This document shows, piece by piece, positions 1-7,548 of a DNA stretch of 13,669 nucleotides. The notes under the pieces are model-generated. The model saw only the letters and a program-made list of their open reading frames with translations, was not told where the DNA came from and did no database searches. Where the stretch lies: NCBI GenBank assembly GCA_013375475.1, contig JABXKD010000088.1, forward strand, positions 1-13,669. Reading direction: 5' to 3'. Source of the DNA: Promethearchaeota archaeon (lineage in GTDB: Archaea > Asgardarchaeota > Lokiarchaeia > Sigyniarchaeales > SOKP01). The stretch's first letter is position 1, and every line of letters starts with the position of its first letter. Position numbers and translations under genes: made by a program.

Positions 1-2034
1 ATCTCCATTAGCATCAATTGAAAAAGCGTAGACTTTAAATTTTTTTCTAACGTCTTGAATCTCCTTCATAGCGTCGTTCAAACCATATTGAGTACCTGCG
101 GGTTGACCGTCAGAAATAACTAGAATTAAAACATTCTTTTCCAATTTAGCAGCTTCATGCTTAAGAGACACGCCATCTAGGTTGCTTCCGATACGGTGAT
201 GGCGTCCAAATTTATCAAATTTCTTAATATCCGGATATTCCTCAAAGTCTTTTAAATGAATGTTTAATGCATCATATTCCCCGGTGAAGAGTACGATACG
301 TAACTGGGCAATTTCATAGAGAGATTCACATAACATGACCATAGCAACTTTTGCTGCTTCCAGTTTGATTCCTGCCATACTTCCACTGATATCCACCATC
401 AATAAAATTTTTAATTCTTTTTGGTTTAATTTACGGGTAAAACATTTATCATACTTAAAATCGCTCGTAACTGCTTTAATAAACTTATTATTTAATCGTC
501 CTCTTTTTTGAGAGGTGTCAATATCATTTTGGTTTCTCAAATCTCGAAAAAGATACTTCAGCTTGGCTATTATGTTGCATTGCGTCTTTACGATTTCATT
601 GTAACTTAAATTTATTGATCTCATATCTTCATTTTCAATGCTTACATCGCTTATCTTTCTTTCGCCCTCAAAAATTTGATCATGATTCTCAATTAACAAA
701 AGCCTTCCTTCCATTGCAGTCTGGGATTCAGACATTAGAACGCTAATTTCTTTAATGAAATTATCAAATCCTTGGGAATTATTGTCTTTTAGTTCTGCTT
801 CTTTAAAAACTGCTCTAAAATTCTCAAATTCTCCTAAATTTTGATCCTCGTTTTCTTGTTGTAATAAGTTTTCTTTTTCTTTAATGTCTGATTGCGTGAG
901 TGAATCTTGTTTTATATCAAATTGATTAATCTCATTAACTTCACTAATCTCATTTTCCGTAGCTTCATTTTTTAAATCTTCTTCAACCTTTTCTATTAAT
1001 TTTTCAATGTCTTCTGTGTTTAGATCCAGATCCTTGATTTTTTCAATTACTTTTTCACTTGCTGAGCTTAATTCTGATGATTCTAGTTTCTTGTCCCGTT
1101 CAATAAATTCTTCAAAATGATTTATTAGAGGCTCTTGATCCATGGGTGAACCATTATGGTAATCAATCTCACCAGAATCCTCGTAAAGGCAAGGATCTTC
1201 CATAAAATCTGAATTGTTAAGCTCTTCTAAATAATCTTCAGAATCTCTCGTTTCCATCATTTGATTAGATTCATTGTAATCCCACTCTTCAAATGATTCT
1301 GAATAATCGTCATAGTCTGGTTCAGCTATCACTCTATTGCTAGTTGCTCGTGGAGATACATTTTCCCTGCTTACTTTTTTTTTCTTATAAAACTTCTTTA
1401 GAACTTTACATAATTGATCAATTGTAATTATTGATGACGCGGGCGTTAATGTTTTTAGGAGAAACTTTTTTGCTGTTGAGATCACACGCCAATCCTCATC
1501 GCTCATGTTTCGAGTTCTAAATTTCGGTTTTTTTTGAAATTCTTTAAAGTTATCCATATATAAATTGATATAAATGAGCAAATCTCCAGAACGTTTCATA
1601 TTAAGGATTAAATCGGGAAGTAGCTGTAATGTAAATTTTCGTAAATTGTTATAGAATCCTGGGAATTTGGCACTATTTAAAGCATTAACTCTTACATCTT
1701 CCACAACATTAATGACTTGTTTTGTGAAGTAATATGGTAAGTCATATTTTTTTGAAAGGGCGTCAACGAGTTTTAAAAAAGATAGTTCAAACGATCCATA
1801 GCCTATGTGTCCACTCTCGTGAGCTACTAATCCTTGGGCTGAAGCTATATCATCCTTGATTCTTTTTGGTAGGTATATAAACTTTCCATCAGTAAAAGTA
1901 AGTTGTGAATTCTGATTAAATTCGATATGAATATCGTTCTTTCCACTGATTCTCTTTCCTATATTAATTAATGCAAATAAATCTGAGAAGTAATCTTTTT
2001 CGAAAAGGTCATATAAAACCGGTAAATTGATCAC
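1..2034 (-). CDS. VWA (MIDAS) domain protein with N-terminal HExxH zincin-like domain and acidic linker; CobT/NorD/CbbO-like partner of a MoxR AAA+ ATPase (3' end outside window)
   Basis: Not in the ORF track. Manual translation shows a frame open from GTG 2034 (another GTG at 2037) to position 1 with no stop, about 678 codons. Motifs: TFTDGKFIYLP, AHESGH (HESGH 1821-1807), NVVEDVRVN, a D/E-rich linker, RGRLN, LLMVDISGSM (MIDAS DxSxS 393-379) and LVISDGQP. It lies directly downstream of the AAA+ gene. Confidence 0.9.
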   Translation of the reverse strand, partial: MINLPVLYDLFEKDYFSDLFALINIGKRISGKNDIHIEFNQNSQLTFTDGKFIYLPKRIKDDIASAQGLVAHESGHIGYGSFELSFLKLVDALSKKYDLPYYFTKQVINVVEDVRVNALNSAKFPGFYNNLRKFTLQLLPDLILNMKRSGDLLIYINLYMDNFKEFQKKPKFRTRNMSDEDWRVISTAKKFLLKTLTPASSIITIDQLCKVLKKFYKKKKVSRENVSPRATSNRVIAEPDYDDYSESFEEWDYNESNQMMETRDSEDYLEELNNSDFMEDPCLYEDSGEIDYHNGSPMDQEPLINHFEEFIERDKKLESSELSSASEKVIEKIKDLDLNTEDIEKLIEKVEEDLKNEATENEISEVNEINQFDIKQDSLTQSDIKEKENLLQQENEDQNLGEFENFRAVFKEAELKDNNSQGFDNFIKEISVLMSESQTAMEGRLLLIENHDQIFEGERKISDVSIENEDMRSINLSYNEIVKTQCNIIAKLKYLFRDLRNQNDIDTSQKRGRLNNKFIKAVTSDFKYDKCFTRKLNQKELKILLMVDISGSMAGIKLEAAKVAMVMLCESLYEIAQLRIVLFTGEYDALNIHLKDFEEYPDIKKFDKFGRHHRIGSNLDGVSLKHEAAKLEKNVLILVISDGQPAGTQYGLNDAMKEIQDVRKKFKVYAFSIDANGD

Positions 2035-2064
2035 CACACTACTATTTAAACAAAATTTATTAAA

Positions 2065-3243
2065 TTAATTTAAAACTGGGCAAACGCGCCTCATGAAATC
2101 CATCAAATCCTTATTTCTATTTCTATATAACCACTTTATGTATGCTAATGTTATTTCTCCATTATAAAGATGGATATGTCCTGTGGTTTCCTTAAAAACT
2201 TTATGATATCCAAGTTTTTCGGTTAATTGTATGTAATCTTTTAAGGATGTTCTATGATGATCCCAAAACCACTCGAAAAATTTCCACATAAGACTTCCGC
2301 TTTTATTTTTAAATTTTCCGTTCCCTATTTCAAACGCATACTTTTCCACTTTGCTTTTAAAGTTGCTAATAATTTTAGCTTCTGGAGCTCTCGGTAGAAC
2401 TAAATCCTTATTTATACCGGGTTTAGTTTTAGAATTTGGGACCAAATATTTCCTTAGGTTGTCTTCAAAGAGTTTTCCATCTAATATCATTGCGATGCTT
2501 TTCTTTTCTTCTTGGTTCTCACCGAGCTTATTGATGATAATATTTTCAATATTATATGTTAAATAGGTTGGAGACATGTTTGACACGATTAAACAGAAGT
2601 TGACAATTAACCTAGTAGAAAATATTTTTGTTATCGAGAAGTCTTTAATTGCTTGCTTTCTTATCTGTCTAGCAGCGTCTACTACCGTTTCAGCGACATT
2701 ACTTTTGCATCCTGATAATTTTACAGCAATTTCAATTTCTTTCTGTTTTGTGGGATATGTTATTTCGGGGCAGACTAAGAATCGATCTTCAAAAGCTTCT
2801 TGAAGTTTATTAATTCCGATTACACCCTTGTTCATTGTTCCAATAATCACAAGTTTACTTGTTTCTTTTAAACTATACCTTTCAAATCCCTTCGAAATCA
2901 AATTGATGTGGCTTTCTGAGAGTAGAGAATTTAACGAAATTTGTTCACTTTCTCTGATCGCATTTATTTCATTTATAACAATAAAACTTATCCCATTGTT
3001 GTTAGCGTCTTCAATAGCTCTAGTTAATGGTCCCTGATTGAACTTAGTATCACCGTTAAACAACTCCCAATTCCCTTCGATGTCTCTTCTATCGAGGTCA
3101 GGGGAACCATCGATAATAAAATATGAAGAATTGAATTCTTTAGCGAGAGATGTCGCTAAAAGAGTTTTACCAGTTCCTGGAGGTCCGTGCAATAAAATTC
3201 CAATACATCTGCCTTTACCTAAAGAATTTATTAAAGCCTTCAA
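2065..3243 (-). CDS. MoxR-family (CbbQ/NirQ/NorQ-like) AAA+ ATPase with C-terminal extension; true start probably upstream (about 3306)
   Basis: Walker A GPPGTGKT, Walker B-like FIVINEIN, GPLTRA, sensor-1 GTMN, arginine finger AFEDRF, YP and sensor-2 STR. The frame stays open upstream of the TTG to a stop at 3330-3328. Confidence 0.9.
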   Translation of the reverse strand: MKALINSLGKGRCIGILLHGPPGTGKTLLATSLAKEFNSSYFIIDGSPDLDRRDIEGNWELFNGDTKFNQGPLTRAIEDANNNGISFIVINEINAIRESEQISLNSLLSESHINLISKGFERYSLKETSKLVIIGTMNKGVIGINKLQEAFEDRFLVCPEITYPTKQKEIEIAVKLSGCKSNVAETVVDAARQIRKQAIKDFSITKIFSTRLIVNFCLIVSNMSPTYLTYNIENIIINKLGENQEEKKSIAMILDGKLFEDNLRKYLVPNSKTKPGINKDLVLPRAPEAKIISNFKSKVEKYAFEIGNGKFKNKSGSLMWKFFEWFWDHHRTSLKDYIQLTEKLGYHKVFKETTGHIHLYNGEITLAYIKWLYRNRNKDLMDFMRRVCPVLN

Positions 3244-3310
3244 GTAGTCAAATTCATTCCTTTGTTGGATATATTCAATATTATTTTTAATTGTTATATC
3301 TGAAAATTTA

Positions 3311-3321
3311 ATCTCCTCCTT
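3311..3321 (-). promoter_or_regulatory. Strong Shine-Dalgarno-like site upstream of the AAA+ frame
   Basis: The minus strand reads AAGGAGGAGAT, close to the AGGAGGTGAT consensus. Confidence 0.6.
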
Positions 3322-3612
3322 ATAATTTTAATCCTAAATATATTGAAATTTAGGGTAACAGCATAAGTTTGATGTTGCTGAATATTGATTTTTGAATTTA
3401 AGGTAATTTATAATAGGTAAACTAATATATATAAAAACTCACACATTAGTGAATTTCAAATAAATCTGATAAAAATATTAAAACTTAGCGTTTTCAACCT
3501 AATTTTATAATAAAAATCAAAAAAAATGTAGAACATCGTTCTAAATTTATTAAGGCTGAAAGATTTTTATGAATATAGAGATTTGAACTTAAAGTTTTAA
3601 GAAGTGTAATAC

Positions 3613-3618
3613 GGTGAT
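3613..3618 (+). promoter_or_regulatory. Ribosome-binding site of larB
   Basis: GGTGAT lies 5 nt before ATG 3624. Confidence 0.6.
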
Positions 3619-3623
3619 TTAGA

Positions 3624-4403
3624 ATGGATGATATTAGAGAAATATTAAATCGGTTGTTAAAAAAAGAGTGTTCACTCGAAGAAGCAGAAAAACTTCTAAA
3701 AGCAAACGCTATTGAAGAAGTTGGAGAAATTGCTAAATTAGATATCTTTAGAAAGGTACGTACTGGTATCGTCGAGGTTATCTATGCAGAAAACAAGACA
3801 CCTGAAGTAACTTTAGAGATAATTTACTCTTTTTTAAAAAAAAATAGGTTTGCCATTGTTTCCAGGTATAGAGATGAATTAGTTCCTCTAATATCAAAAG
3901 AATTCAAAAATAGTGATCTTTATTCTGTTGACGTAAACAAATTAGCTAATATCTTGATAATTAAAGAAAAAACTTATAGATTTGAAAAAAAAGGGGGAAT
4001 TGTAGGGATAATCACAGCTGGGAGTTCAGACATTCCTGTTGCAGAAGAGGCTAAAGTAATTGCTGAATCAATGGGCTGCGAAGTGATTTCAAGTTATGAT
4101 TTAGGAATTGCGGGAATTCACCGTCTTTTTTCACCTCTCAGTGAAATGATTAAAAAGGGCATTCAAGTAATTATCGTATGTGCTGGTATGGAAGGAACTT
4201 TACCTGGAGTAGTTGCTGCGCTTGTGAGCATTCCAGTAATTGGTGTCCCTATTTCTAGTGGTTATGGTTTAGGAGAAAAAGGTATTGGTGCGTTAACAAC
4301 GATGTTACAGTCATGTTCGCCGGGATTGTTAGTTGTTAATATAGATAACGGATTTGGAGCAGGGGCGTCTGCTGCTTTAATTGCAAATAAAATAGCAGAG
4401 TAG
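3624..4403 (+). CDS. larB: Nickel-pincer cofactor biosynthesis protein LarB (NaAD carboxylase/hydrolase, PurE-like fold)
   Basis: Motifs RTGIVEVIYAENKT, TAGSSDIPVAEEA, DLGIAGIHRL, AGMEGTLP, PVIGVPISSGYG and MLQSCSPGLLVVNIDNGFGA, the last including the conserved Cys. Confidence 0.95.
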   Translation: MDDIREILNRLLKKECSLEEAEKLLKANAIEEVGEIAKLDIFRKVRTGIVEVIYAENKTPEVTLEIIYSFLKKNRFAIVSRYRDELVPLISKEFKNSDLYSVDVNKLANILIIKEKTYRFEKKGGIVGIITAGSSDIPVAEEAKVIAESMGCEVISSYDLGIAGIHRLFSPLSEMIKKGIQVIIVCAGMEGTLPGVVAALVSIPVIGVPISSGYGLGEKGIGALTTMLQSCSPGLLVVNIDNGFGAGASAALIANKIAE

Positions 4404-4456
4404 TATCATCTTTCAAATTTTTAATCTAGTATTGAAGGATGTTCGGTTTATTATGA

Positions 4457-4474
4457 GAAAGTAATTTTTATAAG
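4457..4474 (+). promoter_or_regulatory. Putative archaeal BRE/TATA promoter for the membrane protein gene
   Basis: GAAAGTAATTTTTATAAG: a purine-rich element followed by TTTATAA, about 60 nt before ATG 4533. The AT-rich background limits certainty. Confidence 0.4.
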
Positions 4475-4532
4475 TAAAACCAAGATTTTGTATAATTATA
4501 AATAATTTAATTATTAAAATTAAGTGTATGTT

Positions 4533-5195
4533 ATGGGACGTACTGATGCTTCAAGAGATGCGTTATCGATTTTAAGACAATTAAATCCTGAAACAGGATG
4601 GTATGTTGTTACTCTTTTAGTTATTGTTTTATATATCTACGGTGTTGAGATCAAAAAAGCAAGAGAAACTAACAATTGGAGCACCGTCTTTGCTGGATTA
4701 ACATTGTTAGGGCTTGATCTTATAAATGAAATATGGAACGGATTAGTTTTTGTTTTTACTGATACTTCAGCGTTTTGGACTACACCGGGAGCAAGTGCCT
4801 ATGTAATTCTAATTGGATGGAATATAGAAATAGCCTTTATGTTTTCTATTGCTGGAATAGTTTTTACCAAATTCCTTCCTGAAGATAAGCATAAGAAAAT
4901 GTTTGGATTACCTAATAGATGGGCTATGGCTATCGGCTTTACAATTTTTTCTGTCTTTGTAGAAATTCTATTGAATATGGGAGGTTATTTAGTATGGCAT
5001 TATGTGTTTTGGAACTGGTACAACCCTATCCTAATATTTCTCATAGGGTATTTTCACTTCTTTGTAGGGGCTTTTTATGTGTACGACCTTCCAGAAAGGA
5101 AAGATAAAATTAAAATCGTTCTGATAATCTATGCTATAGGAATTGGCCTTCTTTGCATTTTTGGTCCCCTACTTATGCCCTTAGGTATATTTTAA
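4533..5195 (+). CDS. Hypothetical polytopic membrane protein (about 6 TM helices)
   Basis: Long ORF (ATG 4533; in-frame GTG at 4524) with about 6 hydrophobic segments and intramembrane polar motifs DLINEIWN, NIEI and VEILLN. A T-tract follows. Confidence 0.85.
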   Translation: MGRTDASRDALSILRQLNPETGWYVVTLLVIVLYIYGVEIKKARETNNWSTVFAGLTLLGLDLINEIWNGLVFVFTDTSAFWTTPGASAYVILIGWNIEIAFMFSIAGIVFTKFLPEDKHKKMFGLPNRWAMAIGFTIFSVFVEILLNMGGYLVWHYVFWNWYNPILIFLIGYFHFFVGAFYVYDLPERKDKIKIVLIIYAIGIGLLCIFGPLLMPLGIF

Positions 5196-5207
5196 TTTAA
5201 AAAATCC

Positions 5208-5226
5208 TTTTTTTTTTATTTTTTTT
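5208..5226 (+). terminator. Oligo-T terminator after the membrane protein gene
   Basis: Two long T runs just after stop 5195. Confidence 0.55.
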
Positions 5227-5493
5227 ATCATTCACCGCACCAAAAATCTCAAATTGAATCGATTTATTTATTATCTTAAATCCACATTTGAATTATTCTA
5301 GGCTAAGGATATGATAAAACTTATCCATAATTAACCCAAATAGAGATTAATAAAAACTAAGGCATTTTTTAATATTATTACACCTTTTTCTTCGTATGTA
5401 AAAGTATAAATAGATAGATCAATATAATTATTATTGAAATTACTAATTCTTTAAAATCTATAAAAAAAAACGAATACAATATAGTTGAGACCA

Positions 5494-6027
5494 ATGGTCA
5501 CAACAGTTGAAAATTTTAAGAAGGCTAAAGAATTTTTTAAAAATGGCGATGTTCTTAATGCTCTAGAGCGTTTTGATAAAGTTCTGGAGCATTTTGATCA
5601 AGCAAAGGAACTTAATAAAACAGAATTGCTGCTGTTCCTTAACAATTTTTTACAACATTGTAGAGATAATAATCTTAAAAACGAAGAAGCAATAGTTTTA
5701 AGAAGTTTAGGAAGAACTCATTCAAAACTAAGGAATTATGTTGAAGGATTAAAATTCTCATATCAATCTTTAAAAATTCAAAAGAAGATTGGAAAGAAGC
5801 TAGATATTGCTGAGAGTTTAGTCTTTTTAGCTGAAGATCTTGAAATATCTGGAAATTACGACGAGTGCATTCTAATGTTTACCGAAGCTGCTGAGGTATT
5901 CCATGAATTGGGGAAACTAAGAAAACAAAAGGATGTTATTAAGGAAATTGACCGATTAAAAGCTTTTTCTAAAGAAATTGTTGAAGACGAATATATTATG
6001 AATAAATTTCATGTTGACAACTATTAA
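5494..6027 (+). CDS. Tetratricopeptide-repeat (TPR) protein
   Basis: Helical repeats with TPR consensus: AKEFFKNGDVLNALERFDKVL, LRSLGRTHSKLRNYVEGLKFSYQSL and LAEDLEISGNYDECILMFTEA. Alternative TTG start at 5485. Confidence 0.85.
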   Translation: MVTTVENFKKAKEFFKNGDVLNALERFDKVLEHFDQAKELNKTELLLFLNNFLQHCRDNNLKNEEAIVLRSLGRTHSKLRNYVEGLKFSYQSLKIQKKIGKKLDIAESLVFLAEDLEISGNYDECILMFTEAAEVFHELGKLRKQKDVIKEIDRLKAFSKEIVEDEYIMNKFHVDNY

Positions 6028-6053
6028 AACAAGTCGATTATAGCCATTTAATT

Positions 6054-6085
6054 AAAAAAATTTCTATTTTTTTCTTTACTTTTTT
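6054..6085. terminator. Probable bidirectional oligo-T termination region between convergent TPR and larC genes
   Basis: An A-run followed by several T-runs in the 58-nt gap between stops 6027 and 6086. Confidence 0.45.
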
Positions 6086-7402
6086 TTACGATTTACTTAT
6101 TTTATTATTATATCTAAAGTGTTTTTCAACTTCCGGTTGACAATAAATCAGAATCTCTTTAATTGTCAAATTGGCTAGCTCGCTAATTCTTCTAAGATCT
6201 TCAAATTCTGGTTTTACATTAATTACTTTAATAAGGTCTTCCAGCTTAATATAAGAGATTTTAAATTTCAACTCGTATATATTGTTATTTATTTCAATTG
6301 TGCCCTTCTCAAATTTTCGGTCAATACAAATTCGATTAATTGTATAAAATCTAACCCCCAAAGTACCCAATTCAAGTAAAGTTTTATAGATTAAACCGAA
6401 GCTATGTTTTGGTTCACATAGAATTTTAATTATGTGCCCAGGTCGGTTTTTTTTTGTTATGCTCGGTATAATTTGAATATCAAGAATTTCTTCGTGTTCC
6501 AAAGTTTGAACGAAATTTCCTAATATTTCTCCTGAAACATCATCAACAGCCGTTTCTAATACGGTTACCTCTTGAACATAATCTTTCAATAGGTGCTGAA
6601 CCTCATTGTTAGCTGGTTCTTCTAGTACACCATAAAATATTCTCAAAATGTTTGAAAAATCCTTATACTCTTTTTGCCCCGTGCTGCTAGATACCTTTAA
6701 TATGTTCATTTGGTTTGAATGCTCAGAATAATTAGGATTTAGATTAACCAAAAGTGCTGCGCCTGTAGGAGTTACGAGTTCACTCTCAATTGGTCCTCCT
6801 ATAACGATTAATTTAGATCGTTCGAAAATTTTTACAGTTGCTGGAGCTGGTACTGGTAAAAATCCATGCGCAGTTTTTATATTCCCTCCTCCTAACGGTA
6901 TCTTACCACAATAATATGTAAAATCTCCAGAAAAACCTCCTAAATTATCTAGTGCTTTGGTTACTCCTAGTATGTCTATCAATGTGTCAACAGAGCTTAA
7001 TTCGTGCAAATGGATGTTTTTAACGATATCTCCATGAACCTCTGCTTCCGCTTTAAATAGAGTTTCTAAAACACTTCTAGCATATTCCTTCGCTGATTTA
7101 GAGAATTGCTTATCGTTAAGAAATCGCTCCAAAGCATTAGTAAGTTCATCCGGAGTTCTATGGTTTTTGGATTCTTTTATCTTTATTTTAAGGCGATTAA
7201 CTTCCACCCCCATTCTTTTTACATTTAATAATTCAATGTCCAGTTCAGAAACTCCTTTTAAATAATTCTTCAATTCCTTTAAATCTGAAAGAATCTCTTT
7301 TGAATCGTCATTTAAATTCAATAAAGATGCCAAAAACATATCCCCAGAGATTCCTGAGTTTGTCGCGTCAATATATAAAGTTTTCATATCAATTTTACTC
7401 AC
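6086..7402 (-). CDS. larC: Nickel-pincer cofactor nickel insertase LarC (single fused ORF)
   Basis: Motifs SGISGDMFL, AEAEVHG, IHLHELSSVDTLIDI, TAHGFLPVPAPAT, ELVTPTGAA, LETAVDDVSGE, KKNRPG, TLGVR and KPEFED. The start may be ATG 7387 (MKTLYID). Confidence 0.95.
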   Translation of the reverse strand: MSKIDMKTLYIDATNSGISGDMFLASLLNLNDDSKEILSDLKELKNYLKGVSELDIELLNVKRMGVEVNRLKIKIKESKNHRTPDELTNALERFLNDKQFSKSAKEYARSVLETLFKAEAEVHGDIVKNIHLHELSSVDTLIDILGVTKALDNLGGFSGDFTYYCGKIPLGGGNIKTAHGFLPVPAPATVKIFERSKLIVIGGPIESELVTPTGAALLVNLNPNYSEHSNQMNILKVSSSTGQKEYKDFSNILRIFYGVLEEPANNEVQHLLKDYVQEVTVLETAVDDVSGEILGNFVQTLEHEEILDIQIIPSITKKNRPGHIIKILCEPKHSFGLIYKTLLELGTLGVRFYTINRICIDRKFEKGTIEINNNIYELKFKISYIKLEDLIKVINVKPEFEDLRRISELANLTIKEILIYCQPEVEKHFRYNNKISKS

Positions 7403-7411
7403 ATATATAGA

Positions 7412-7433
7412 ATTAGGTAAATTTATACCTAAT
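7412..7433. promoter_or_regulatory. Inverted repeat ATTAGGTA-N6-TACCTAAT, candidate operator
   Basis: Perfect 8-bp arms (7412-7419 and 7426-7433) immediately upstream of larC in a divergent promoter region. Confidence 0.4.
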
Positions 7434-7548
7434 ATTATAAATAAGTTAACAATACTAAAAATAATAAATCGTAATTATATTATATTAAATTGTAAGCAAT
7501 ATCAATTTAATAATTATAAATTTAAGAAATAATTTTTACTGTATAACT

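Noticed and set aside
1-3243. Calling the AAA+/VWA pair cobS/cobT
   Set aside because: The architecture is similar, but no cobN or other cobalamin pathway genes are in the window and the ATPase has non-CobS features. Left as MoxR/VWA.
2351-3247. Four short plus-strand ORFs (2351-2566, 2576-2803, 2828-3037, 3038-3247)
   Set aside because: Antisense shadows of the well-supported AAA+ gene, with no recognisable motifs.
3606-3637. GTAATA...TATTAG as a NikR operator at the larB start
   Set aside because: The spacer is 20 nt rather than about 16, the arms are imperfect, and the right arm is coding.
4919-5107. 62-aa alternative-frame ORF
   Set aside because: Lies wholly inside the membrane protein CDS, with no RBS or motif.
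5494-6027. Possible alpha-SNAP orthologue
   Set aside because: The sequence fits generic TPR consensus, is shorter than SNAP, and shows no SNAP-specific motif I can identify.
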